From: Schmidtea polychroa
Taxonomy: Eukaryota
Assembly: GCA_044892525.1 (NCBI GenBank)
Contig: CM097885.1
Span: 40,922,001-40,986,000, forward strand
Reading direction: 5' to 3'
DNA: 64,000 nucleotides
Positions 39,882 through 51,328 of the stretch are shown piece by piece. The position numbers and the translations under genes were made by a program. Each line of letters starts with the position of its first letter. Within the stretch, counting starts at the first letter, position 1. A model generated the notes under the pieces. The model saw only the letters and a program-made list of their open reading frames with translations. It did no database searches and was not told the origin of the DNA.

Positions 39882-40941
39882 CTACTTTACGAAAATGTAG
39901 TGTCAAATGAGTTTTTGAGTCTTTTGGGAAGTTTATAAGTTTTCCACTATCGTCACGAATATTTATTTCTATATTGTTTATACATGAGCTTGAAATTGGT
40001 AAATACATGGGATTATCTATATTTATATTGACAACTTCATCATGTTCATATTTTCCAATCCACACCGATTTCAATAGAGGAACACTGGAATCACCAACTA
40101 TTATAGGCTCAATAATATTAGTATATATGAACATTTGTTGATGATGTTCAAGTATTCTTGGTTTACGTATACCAGCCGATTTTTCCCGATATTGCTGCTT
40201 CTCTAATCCAAGTGTATTTGTCAAATTTTTATCAAATGTAACTTCGCAAATGTCATCATTCAAACTGAAGGTAAATAACAAATCTTTCACAATATCCAAA
40301 CTTTTAAATATGTGTGAACAATTATACTTTAAATATTTAAGTAACACATCAAGTTTATCAATATATAATTCGTCAGCGAAGGTGAATGATTCTTCAACTT
40401 CATTATTATACGACACTGAAATTTTGATTTCTTCTCTCATTACACTGTTTGCTTCAAATAGATCAAAGCGTAATAAATATTCTGTTTCCATAACTTCATT
40501 TTTCAACTTATTGCAACCCATTCGTCTGGCATCTTCAATATTTTCGAATGTTATTGTAAATGGTTTAAAATCACAACTGATATTTAATCCATCCTTGTAA
40601 AACATAGTGCAATGCTGATCTAATATTTGATTCGGAATATGATATGTTTTATCATAATTACTGATAATAAAGATACCACTACATGTTTTCATAGCATTCC
40701 TTTTGAAATCAATCTTACATTGACTATAAAATGGGAATGTATTGTACACGAATGTAAAATCTTGCAGTGCAACTTCCCAGTCACCATTTAAAGAAATCGG
40801 ATTCTGGAGATTGACCATGAATTTACTGGCTTGATTATCTGGATGAATAAGCGGGCAACTATTGCTTGGTAAAATAGTATAAAAATTCACTTTACTAGAT
40901 CCTTTTCTGATATCCATGATGGGTTTTGATAACCATGCCAT
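39874..40941 (-). CDS. Minor capsid protein (penton, single jelly-roll)
   Basis: N-terminal FY..LPSNS...PDN..S.F...L..PI.L.G.WEVAL. C-terminal FIYTNIIEP.IVGD...PLL..V and I.IRDD.G....F......LTLHFR. Start codon uncertain. Confidence 0.85.
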   Translation of the reverse strand: MAWLSKPIMDIRKGSSKVNFYTILPSNSCPLIHPDNQASKFMVNLQNPISLNGDWEVALQDFTFVYNTFPFYSQCKIDFKRNAMKTCSGIFIISNYDKTYHIPNQILDQHCTMFYKDGLNISCDFKPFTITFENIEDARRMGCNKLKNEVMETEYLLRFDLFEANSVMREEIKISVSYNNEVEESFTFADELYIDKLDVLLKYLKYNCSHIFKSLDIVKDLLFTFSLNDDICEVTFDKNLTNTLGLEKQQYREKSAGIRKPRILEHHQQMFIYTNIIEPIIVGDSSVPLLKSVWIGKYEHDEVVNINIDNPMYLPISSSCINNIEINIRDDSGKLINFPKDSKTHLTLHFRKVDG

Positions 40942-41942
40942 TTGACATAGTATTGTTTATCCTTGCCTTTATTTTTAGTTTTCAAAATCTTCTGAATTCT
41001 AAATACTTTTGGGGGAGGAATAACTTGTAATTCCTGCTCATAAAATTTTCCTTGTACAATATTGTTATCATTGTCTTTGATGACATACATTACAGGATTC
41101 TGTTTAGTATTTATTTTTGAAATTACAAAGACTTCATCACTCCAATTCGTATCAAAATTTTTAATAAATGGTGATGCACTAATTTTACTAATTCTAACAT
41201 GGTCACCTACTTTATATTTCGGTTTTGTAATTTTTTCAGGTTTCTTAGAATAGATTGTTTTTGACGTGATATCAATCGGCCTTAATCCATTCAGTCCTTG
41301 ATGTGATGAGTGATTATAACTGATTATTATTTTTGGTAAAACCAATACCCATTTTTTATTACCTTGATGCACGAATAATTTCTTTAATCTATCTCTCAAA
41401 GTTCGGTTAAATCTTTCAACATGAGCAGCTTTGTATTGAGAATGTACTGAGTAATGGTTTATTTTCAATTTATTGAGGATTTGCTTGACTTTACTGTTGT
41501 AGAATTCTTTACCTAAAATAATAATAATAATAATAAAAATAATAATATTAATACCTAAATCAGTTTTCAAGTTTTTAGGATGTCCATCTTTAAATAAATG
41601 ATTAACAGCTTTGGACATTTCATCTGCAGATTTTGCCTTGACGGGTATTGCTCGGGCAAACCGACTGAATACATCAATACATGTTAAAATATATTTATAC
41701 CCATTGTTAATTTTCGAATAGGGTATCATCTCCATCAAATCCATTTGCCATAAATCATTTATTCCATATGTTTTATATGCTCTTGTTGGGAATCGTTTCC
41801 GCATTGGTTTGTTCAAACTGTAGGCAAGCTGGTCTGATAACCACTTCTGAGTTTCCTTTTTCGAATTCGGAACTCTTTTCCTTAATTTTGCCACTCCACC
41901 AAAACCGGCTTCGTCTTCCGGGTTCGTCCAAATCTTCTCCAT
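40887..41942 (-). CDS. Retroviral-like (rve, DDE) integrase with C-terminal chromodomain; 42-nt intron at 41513-41554
   Basis: WQMDL, TDLG|KEF (restored by intron removal) and VERFNRTL. Chromodomain-like IQKIL...YYVKWHGY..PSWI. ATG at 41942. Confidence 0.93.
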   Translation of the reverse strand: MEKIWTNPEDEAGFGGVAKLRKRVPNSKKETQKWLSDQLAYSLNKPMRKRFPTRAYKTYGINDLWQMDLMEMIPYSKINNGYKYILTCIDVFSRFARAIPVKAKSADEMSKAVNHLFKDGHPKNLKTDLGINIIIFIIIIIILGKEFYNSKVKQILNKLKINHYSVHSQYKAAHVERFNRTLRDRLKKLFVHQGNKKWVLVLPKIIISYNHSSHQGLNGLRPIDITSKTIYSKKPEKITKPKYKVGDHVRISKISASPFIKNFDTNWSDEVFVISKINTKQNPVMYVIKDNDNNIVQGKFYEQELQVIPPPKVFRIQKILKTKNKGKDKQYYVKWHGYQNPSWISEKDLVK

Positions 41943-42000
41943 TACAACAAGAAGATTTAATATTAAATTTAATGTCTGGTAATGAAGGATTAGCACCCAT
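41773..42000 (-). CDS. Possible overprinted 75-aa protein with N-myristoylation consensus
   Basis: The ATG lies 3 nt after the upstream gene's stop. Starts MGANPS (MGxxxS) and has a CC pair. Overlaps the integrase 5' end in another frame. Confidence 0.4.
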   Translation of the reverse strand: MGANPSLPDIKFNIKSSCCNGEDLDEPGRRSRFWWSGKIKEKSSEFEKGNSEVVIRPACLQFEQTNAETIPNKSI

Positions 42001-42003
42001 TGT

Positions 42004-42498
42004 TTATGATCGACTTCCTATTATTCCACCTAATAATGATATTGCTAAAGGTATCAATGCACCGATAAATCCCCCTTGTTGTTTATATATAATTTTTCTC
42101 ATTTGTTGACGATTTTTATTATTTACTAATGATAGCAAAGGTTTCCTATGTTTACTCAATAATTGCTTTTTAGATTTACTGATTTTAATCTTGCCTTTGA
42201 CTACTTTAAGTATAATATCGAGTAAATCATCGACAACATAATTTGGAAAAGATTGCAAAATACTGTTTCTTTTCATACTTGGTGCCTTTAACAATGTATT
42301 GAAAAACGGTAAACTCCGATGATTTTTAACAACTTTTACTTTCTTAGTGGTTTTACTTTTAGGTTTAGGTTTAGGATTTTTCGAAATAAGATTCATTGCA
42401 GGAAAATTTTCTGTAATAAGATCTTTAGATGGAGTATAACTAGTTGTTGGTGGAACTTTTGGTTGTTTTTTACCCGATATCCTTGTTTTTGAAAACAT
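42004..42498 (-). CDS. Basic core protein with adenovirus pX(mu)-like C-terminus
   Basis: Lys-rich. Ends QQGG|FIGALIPLAISLLGGII, resembling the adenain site and hydrophobic tail of adenoviral pX. Confidence 0.7.
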   Translation of the reverse strand: MFSKTRISGKKQPKVPPTTSYTPSKDLITENFPAMNLISKNPKPKPKSKTTKKVKVVKNHRSLPFFNTLLKAPSMKRNSILQSFPNYVVDDLLDIILKVVKGKIKISKSKKQLLSKHRKPLLSLVNNKNRQQMRKIIYKQQGGFIGALIPLAISLLGGIIGSRS

Positions 42499-42511
42499 GA
42501 TTTATATGTTT

Positions 42512-43150
42512 TCAACTTTGTTTTGAACTTTGTTTATATACCATGGCACCTTTTGGGTTGAAAATATCTGTTTTTACCCGTATATCATCAGGGCATTGTT
42601 GTGTGAAATCGAGAAATATATACCCATGCGGTATTTTCGTGGCATCTTGAAATGCACTGATAAGAAAATTACGGTTATTAGGGTATGCTTGTCGTCCAAG
42701 AAAATCAATGACAGTTGCATCTCTAGGATTCTTGAAAATAACTAAATATTGTACATTTAAATTACGTGTTCGATGTGCACCACCTTGATGAAATAGATTT
42801 TGTGTTATGAAAATAACTGTTACACCAACATGTCTGCTGATTTTTGTGAATAAATTATTAAAGTCCTTTTCTTTATTGGCTTCTTGATACAAATCATCGA
42901 TAATGATGACATCATCTTTCTTCAAACGACTTGACCAGTTTTTATCAAAGCCCTTTACTATTTTCATGTTTTTCAACTGACAGAAACTTGATTGCGTCAA
43001 TCCGTGTTCTTCGTCGGCGCCCCTATGCTAATAAATATTGTTGAATTTTGTTTTAAACAAATTTGATTTTAGTAATTTACAAACAAATAAAGTTTTCCCG
43101 CTACCACTTGGACCAACGATTTGGTATACTGCATCATTTCGTAATTCCAT
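42512..43150 (-). pseudogene. A32/FtsK-like packaging ATPase with one in-frame TAG (43028-43030, codon 41)
   Basis: MELRNDAVYQIVGPSGSGKT (Walker A) is in frame with IIIDD (Walker B) and SRH..V..IFITQ. IY*HRG suggests TGG>TAG. Confidence 0.88.
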
Positions 43151-43254
43151 TTTTTAAATTTAAACTATATAATTATTGTTTATATTGATAATTTAAATGA
43201 ACTCTGTTTTTAAATACCTATATATATCAAAGTTTTTAAAATTATTTCATTAAA

Positions 43255-43471
43255 ATGCTTTCAAATATAAATTATAGGGCAAAAATTATTTCCAGCTTTG
43301 AGATATATAAAATATAACCCTATGTGTGTAAATATATTCGCTAGCGGTAAGATAGTAATTCTTGGAATAAAAAATATTGATTACAAATGTATAGTTGATA
43401 ATATCATATCTGAAATTAAATCAATAATTGAAGGAAAAGAATTTTTAGATTTTTTATTATCACTTAATTAA
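43255..43471 (+). pseudogene. Truncated TATA-binding-protein-like gene
   Basis: MLSNINYRAK is followed by a frame change into LFPALRYIKYNPMCVNIFASGKIVILGIK. This matches the TBP repeat signature ELFPGL.Y...P....LIF.SGKIV.TG. Confidence 0.7.
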
Positions 43472-43510
43472 TTATTTATCATTCAATTAAAACAAAAACA
43501 TACTGCAATC

Positions 43511-43545
43511 TGATTGGATGATAAACAATAGTCATAGGTATAAAA
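43511..43545 (+). promoter_or_regulatory. Putative Pol II promoter (inverted CCAAT box + TATA box)
   Basis: TGATTGG at 43511-43517 and TATAAAA at 43539-43545, ~35 nt before ATG 43580. Confidence 0.5.
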
Positions 43546-43579
43546 ACCCTGTACCATTTCATTTTAATCATAATTCACA

Positions 43580-43999
43580 ATGACCAAGAAAATTTCAAGC
43601 ACTGAAAAACCAAAAGTAGTTCCAGAACTTGTACAACCTGTTCAAATGTTCCACAACTACAAAATGTATTTTTTAAAAGAAGAAATCAATATGAAATTGG
43701 TGTCACCGATCAAGCTAATTCCTACCCAATTTCAATTCTTAACCGGCACGCTTTCAATGTTAGATATTAAAACCATAGATGATGTTTTCAAAAGGTTGAA
43801 TACGAATCTATCATGCAATCAAAATGCATTTTTCAACAACCGATATGCAAAATTTTATGATTCCTTTGATGAAATCAGTTTCAAAGAAAACGAAAATTGG
43901 TATATAACAATTACAATCCAAGGATATAAAGTTGATAATAATGATGTGTATTCTCCAATTTGGAAAATTATGTCTGCTAGACTTTCACAGTTATTTTAA
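43580..43999 (+). CDS. Hypothetical Maverick protein, 139 aa
   Basis: Clean ATG-TAA ORF with promoter motifs upstream and AATAAA at 44010. Confidence 0.75.
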   Translation: MTKKISSTEKPKVVPELVQPVQMFHNYKMYFLKEEINMKLVSPIKLIPTQFQFLTGTLSMLDIKTIDDVFKRLNTNLSCNQNAFFNNRYAKFYDSFDEISFKENENWYITITIQGYKVDNNDVYSPIWKIMSARLSQLF

Positions 44000-44095
44000 T
44001 GTTGTATTTAATAAATGTATTTAGTCATATTTGTTTTCGCTTATATTCTATATTTTCTATAAACAAATATATACTATAGTTTTAAAATACTAATA

Positions 44096-44454
44096 ATGAC
44101 TACAGAAAAAGGTTAATATGATTAGTTAATTATTGAATTATTTAATATTTAGAATTTATAATAAACTTTTTATTGGTAAAATTAGCAGAAATATCTGGTG
44201 TGAAAATGGCGGATATATTATCTGTTACAAACGCATTAAATATAGACTGGGTAGCAGAGAGTGAAGATTCGGAATTTGATGAAACAGATGTAGAAAACAC
44301 TCAAGATGATGAGGAAAGCATTCAAGAAATTGATGAACCTATGGAGGAATTTACGGATACTGAACCATGTGTATATAGGGATTGTATAGATCATGTTGTT
44401 GAAAATGTTATGAACTGTGGAGATGATGAATGTGAATGTGTTAATAAATTTTAG
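44096..44454 (+). CDS. Hypothetical acidic, Cys-rich protein; exons 44096-44111 and 44153-44454
   Basis: Removing a 41-nt GT..TTTAG intron (44112-44152) gives MTTEKEFIINFLLVKLAEISG, in frame with track ORF 44173-44454. Confidence 0.65.
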
Positions 44455-44520
44455 TGTATATTTAAAGAATAATATTTAGAATTTAGAAAGTTTTGTCTTG
44501 AATATTTTTACCAGTAACTT

Positions 44521-44609
44521 TGTGAGTAGTACATTTGTAACTTGTTGAATGTGAGTAGTACCTTTGCGAGCAGTACCCATAGGGGGACAGAATATCTTGT
44601 CGGATAGAT

Positions 44610-44703
<94 letters not shown>

Positions 44704-44704
44704 C

Positions 44705-44785
<81 letters not shown>

Positions 44786-46036
44786 CTTAGAAAATAATAA
44801 TATGTAATCAACGATTTAAACAAAATTATATTATTACGTATTCTATAATTAAAACAGAAGAATTATATAATCAATGATTTAAACAAATTATATAATCATC
44901 GATAATTAAAACAAAATTATTAATTCTAAAAATATTAGGCATCGTTCTAAAATTATGACGTAATCGTTCTAAAAATAAGAGGCACCATTCTAAAAATATT
45001 TGGCATCGTTCTAAAATTATGACGTAATCATTCTAAAAATAAGAGGCATCGTTCTAAAAGTATGACGTAATCGCTCTAAAAATATTAGGCTTCGTTCTAA
45101 AAATATTAGACATCGATTACGTAATAGTTATAAAAATATTAGGCATCATTCTAAAAATATTAGGCATCATTCTAAAAATATTAGGCATCATTCTAAAAAT
45201 ATTAGACATCGATTACGTAATAGTTCTAAAAATATTAGGCATCATTCTAAAATTAAAAGGCATCGTTCTAAAAGTATTTGGCATCGTTCTAAAAGTATGA
45301 CGTAATCATTCTAAAAATATTAGGCATCGTTCTAAAAGTATGACGTAATCGTTCTAAAAATATTAGACATCATTCTAAAAATAATAGGCATCGTTCTAAA
45401 AGTATGACGTAATCATTCTAAAAATATTAGGCATCGTTCTAAAAATATTAGGCATCGTTCTAAAAGTATGACGTAATCATTCTAAAAATATTAGGCATCG
45501 TTCTAAAAATATGACGAGTCATTGTCTTTGTTTTAAAAATGTGATGAGTCATCATATTATAGAAATCTATATCTCCTTAGAAAGGTCTTGCACAGAGCTT
45601 TAAAATAAGCTATCGATCAATATAATATGTTGGCGGGAACATTAATCTTTGGGATGACAAAAAGTAGGTCCCCTCTGGATCACTTAATAATATTTTGACA
45701 AATAATAATAATTTAACTTTAAAAGATGGTGGTCATTAAATGTTAATAACATTAAAACTATTAAAGATATATATGATACCTATAGCTCATTCGAAAGGTC
45801 TTGGACTGAGCTTTAAGATGAGGTATCGGTCAATAAAATCTGTTGGCAGGAACATTAATTTTTGGGAAGAAAAAAAGTAGGTCCCCTCTGGATCACTTAA
45901 TTAAAACAAAAAATTTAATTAAAAAAAAATAAATGACCTTGACCTTTTATTTAAAAAAAAAATTTTTCCCCGGGGGGGGGAGGGGGTATATGTGATCTGG
46001 AGGGGACATGATCTGGATGGCCCACATCCTACTACT
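44521..46036 (-). repeat. Right terminal inverted repeat of the Maverick
   Basis: Mirror of the left TIR; high identity from 44805 to the end. Confidence 0.92.
44925..45511 (-). repeat. ~20-22-bp minisatellite in right TIR
   Basis: Reverse complement of the left array with a partly different unit order. Confidence 0.93.
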
Positions 46037-49000
46037 TTTTAGAGTTATTGTTAGTTGGATTTAGTAAATATTCAAGTGAATTTCTATCATTTTGGTGAAT
46101 TTTTATCATTTTTCTGAATTTCATGTTGATTGAATGAATATTTAATAATTTAATGTTTTAATGGTGATTCTAATAAATTTAATTGATAAATTTAATTAAT
46201 TTCTTTATAATTAGCGGAATTTTATTGACTTGTTTTTAAATAAAAGTTAGTTTTAATGACAGTTAGCTTAATAATCAAGTGAAAGGATTAATTTAAAATT
46301 AATTGGTGAGAGATTGGTTAATGTGGGAATCTTTTGATTATTTAAATGGATGATGTTGGTAAGTGAAATTGCAATACATTAGTCAGTTATGAATCAATAA
46401 TAATCAGAAATTATATCGTTTTATTAGGTTGTGATGGATGCGCTAAATTAATTTTGATTTATGGTTTAGAACAAATGTTTTATTAATTTTCTATTAATTA
46501 TCCAGAGTGTAATTAAGGTAATTGACCAATTTATTTGGTTTTCACAATGAAATATTTGAAATCTTTAGAGATAAGTGGGATTGACATCAACTTTAAATTA
46601 TTTTTATCTTTTTCGGGTGATTTTAATTAGAAATTATATCGGTTGAATATCGGTAAAATATGAACATTTGAAGAAATATATTTTATTGGATGGATAAGTT
46701 GAATTTTTCAATGCAACTACTCAGTTATATTGTACAGTAATATTTATTTTAAATTTCGAGTAGAACAAAATTTTAATTATAACTGATTTTATCAATTGTT
46801 CAGAGTTAATGATTTTAGAAGATTTTAGTGAAATATGTGTGATTATAGGAATTATAGATATAGTTATAGTCATTTAAAGCGGTTTTAAGGAATCTTATTA
46901 GTCTGAGGGAATATCAATAAAATATTTATCGATAAAATACTAATCTTTAAAGACAGAGATATTTCAGGGAAATTTGATTCTTTTTAGATGATTTTATTTG
47001 AGAATTCGCTTGGATATAACAAATGATAGAATATTGTCATTTAAATGAATTTACTGGTTTATTAGATGTTATCATTAGTGGGCTTATATCAGTGTCTTTT
47101 GGAATTTAATGATAATTATTTTAGTGCAGATTGCCTACTTTGATAATTGTAATGAATTTATTCTGATTATTTTGAATATATTGAGCAACCAGTCAATCAA
47201 TTCGAGTACATATATTACTTTTACAAAAATAATTAAAATTAATTTATTTCAATTAATTTATTCAATCTAAATAAATTATCTACTAAATCTTATTTCAAAG
47301 TTCTTAGAAAATTATTATCTTAGTTGATTTATATTAACTTGAATGATCAGTATTTTTTTATTTACTGGATGATTAATGACTAGAATTTAAAGTTCTTTCT
47401 TATCCATTGATTAAATTTTGATATTTATTTATTATGTTTTGAATAATTTAAATTTTTACAATAATTTATTCAATTTTTACCAAGGTATTGATGCGTTGAG
47501 TTCAAATTATTTTTCATCCAATTTTTCAAGTGAAGAGGATTTTCTTTTAAAGATCTATTTGTTAGTACATAGTGGTTGATATTTGTTAGAGTTTAATTGT
47601 AGATGATGCTAAGAAGATAGTGTATGTGATGAAGAATATTTTGTATTTAATTACTATTATTTTTATGTGTTGCTAGTGGGTTGTCGGTACTTGGTATCTA
47701 GTTGATAGCATTTTGTTGATAGTGCTTAGTGCTTGGTATCTGGTTGGTTCCTTGTTGTTGTTGGCTAGTGAGGATGCATTGTTGGTACGAATCAACAATA
47801 ACTATTTATTGAATATAAGTTTTACTTTGCAATAATAAGTCAGTAGTAATCAATTAAAAGAAGAATATTTTGTGAATTAGAATTAAAATTATATGGACTT
47901 TTATTGTAATTTAAAATATTTTCAATTCCATCTGGTGTTTTGAAGTGGTTGATAATTATTCAGTTTTTGATGAAAATCATCATTTTTGTTAAATTTAGAC
48001 ACTTAGAAAAAGTTTTTCTACTGATTCTAATTAAAGATATTTTAAAAAAGCATTTCATAAAATACGATGAAGAATATTTAGTTGATTGTTAGTAAATGGT
48101 ACCTAGTTGTAAGTATTTGGTACTTATTAGTATCTAGTTAAAAATATTTAGTAATTTGTAGTTAGTATCAGATTGTAAATAGTACCAAAATAGTATCTAG
48201 TTGTTAGGTACCTAGTGGTTAACTGTTTGTTTGAAGTACATAGTTGTAAGTATCGAGTTGACATTTTATATTTTGACAAGCATATAAGAAATATTTTACT
48301 TGCTGGATTAAGAAGAGCTTATTACAAGCAAATACTTGATGAATAAATTTTATCTGTATGTATGTGTTGTTAATACATAGTACTTGGTAGCTGGTTGTAG
48401 ATAGCTGGTAATTTTTGGTATGTAATTGTTGGATTATTATTAATATAACTATTATTATTATTATTATCATTATTATTATTATTTTTATTATTATCATTGA
48501 AATTTGCATTTAAATTTATTTTTAAAAATTATTCCATTAAAATTTGCATTAAAAAATTTCATTTCTCAAAGAAAGTTGGTGGTTATTCAATCTTTTGATA
48601 ATAAATTTAAAAATCTTACTTTAATTTACTTATTACATTACTTTAATTTAATAATTTAAAAATTATAACTTTACTTATTTACCTTTAATTTAAAAATTTG
48701 AACCTTAATTTACTTTAATCTAACTTTTTATTTACTAATTTTTCCTTAATATAACTGCCTACTTATTATCATTGAAAATCCATCTAAATTATCTTTAAAA
48801 ATTAACTTAAAAAATTATTACATTAAAATTTTACTTTAAATTTGTCTTTGAAAATTTTCATTTAAAATTATCATTGAAAATTAATTAATTAAAATTCCCA
48901 TTAAAAATTACATTTCTCAAAATAGTTGGTGGTTATTCAATATTTTTTGCTAATAAATTTAAAAATTATTACTTTAATTTACTTATTTAAAAATTAATTA

Positions 49001-50456
49001 CTTTACTTTTTTAACTTTATTTTAATTTTCAGACCATTGCTTACTTAATAAAATATTTGGGCCTTAATTTACTTTAATTTAACCTTTGTTTACCAAATAT
49101 TACTGTAATTTACTTATTTATCCTTAATTTACCTATTTATTCTTGTATTACTTAATTTAACATTTTACAACATAATTTACTTAACAACCGAATATAACCA
49201 TTATTTACATATTCAACCAATAATTTCATGTAGTGAATGATTAATTGACAAAGATTTGCATCTAAAATTGACACTGAAAATTATATCATAAATATTTTCA
49301 TTTAAATTTGACTTAAAAGATTTTTCCATTTGAATTTTCATTAAAAAATTTCATTTACCAAAAGTTTGTGGTTATTCAACGTTTTTGTTAATAAATTTAA
49401 AAATCTTACTTTAATTTACTTATTACATTAATTTACTTTTATTTTTAAATTTTTATTTTAATTTACTTAATGTAAAAATATTACTTTAACTTTAAAATTT
49501 TAGATTACTTAATTAAAAGATTTTAACCTTTATTTACTTTATTACCTTAATTTACCTATTTATTCTTGTATTACATAATTTATCATTTCACACCATAACT
49601 TGCTTAACAACCAAATATAACCCTTATTTACATATTTAATCAATAATTTCATGTGGTTATTGATTAATTCACAAAGATTTGCATCAAAAATTAACATTGA
49701 AAAATATCTTAAAAAATTATTTCATAAAAATTTCCATTAAAAAATGTCATTTCTCAAAGAAAGTTGGTGGTTATTCAATCGTTTGATAATTAATTTAAAA
49801 ATTCTTACTTTAATTTAATTATTTAACTATAATTTAAAATCTTAGACCATTGATTATTTAATTTAAAAATTTGAACCTTAATTTATTTATTTGAACCCTT
49901 TGATTACTTTAATTTACAAATTTAGACCTTAATTTAATTTAATTTTAAATTTGAGTCCATATTTTACTACAATTCAATTTTTAGGCCCATAATTTACTTA
50001 AATTTAATTATATGACACCTTTGATTAATTTAAAAATTCAAAAATTCAAAAATTTCGCCCATAATTTACTTAATTTAACCCCTATTTTACTTTAATTTAA
50101 AATTTTAGAACATATTTTACCTATTTACCATGCTTTTATTTGAAGACTCAAATTTTGTATTGAAAATCCCAGGACCATCGATAACCCCTTACTATAGTCA
50201 GAGAAATCCTGACTTTTTTTCTATAGGCCCCTTTATCTCTATTGAAAATAATATGAGTGTTCCATTGCCGCAATGGCCTTTTTTCTATAGGCACCTTTAA
50301 TTTTATTGAAAAAAATATGAGTGACTTCCTGCAACAATTGCGTGATCAAAAAATTAAAAGAAAACGAGTTGCCGCTAATTTTTTCTAGTGGAGGGGAGGG
50401 GAGGAGGGTCACTGCGGCAGGGACTACTAACTACGTACTTAAGTCATACATATTCA

Positions 50457-50633
<177 letters not shown>

Positions 50634-51297
50634 CAAATAACCATTTCTCATGAAGTATTCCATAATCAATATGGTTGTTCACTATAACCTGAAATCTATA
50701 TAATATTTAAATAAAAACAATGTCATAATAAAATTTAATGTTCCATCCTTAAATTTTGAAAACAGTATGAATTCCCGATATTTTAATAAGTGAATTAAAT
50801 AATGTAAATTTGGTGAATGGTTCAATATAAATTGAATTTTGTTTGAAAGTAGAATTTGAGAAGATGACAAATTTCATTCATTCCTTATTTCATATTCTGT
50901 TAGACCATCAATGATACCTTTTTAAAAGAAGGTATTACTTTATTAAACGAAAAATAATTTTAATTAATAAATAATGGAGTCTTTGGATTATAAATAAAAT
51001 TGAATATATAATTTTTATTATAACGAAATATTGGTAAATAAGTAGATTGACTTGTCATGTTTTTATTGCGACACCCCAGTCTTTATTAATTAAAACTTGC
51101 ACAGTTTGTAATGAAAATATCGATGATAAATGATTTTTCTATAGCATTAATTACTATTTTGAAAGATGATGATGTTATTAATAGTAATAACTGTAATCAT
51201 AGAAATAGACCGTGTCATTATAATACTTCCGACTTAAAATATAATAGTTGTAATGATAAGCATAATAATGAAATTACCTCAATGATAAAAATAGTGA

Positions 51298-51328
<31 letters not shown>

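Larger units (their letters stand above)
31167..46036. mobile_element. Maverick/Polinton (adintovirus-like endogenous virus), 14,870 bp, apparently lacking pPolB
   Basis: Starts AGTAGTAGGATGTGGG and ends CCCACATCCTACTACT. 6-bp TSD TTTTAG at 31161-31166 and 46037-46042. The empty site is visible in the other five units. Encodes integrase, ATPase, protease and capsid proteins. Confidence 0.97.

Noticed and set aside
41943..41996. ORF-track N-terminal extension of the integrase
   Set aside because: It begins at a non-ATG codon. ATG 41942 (MEKIWTNP) matches the usual Maverick integrase start.
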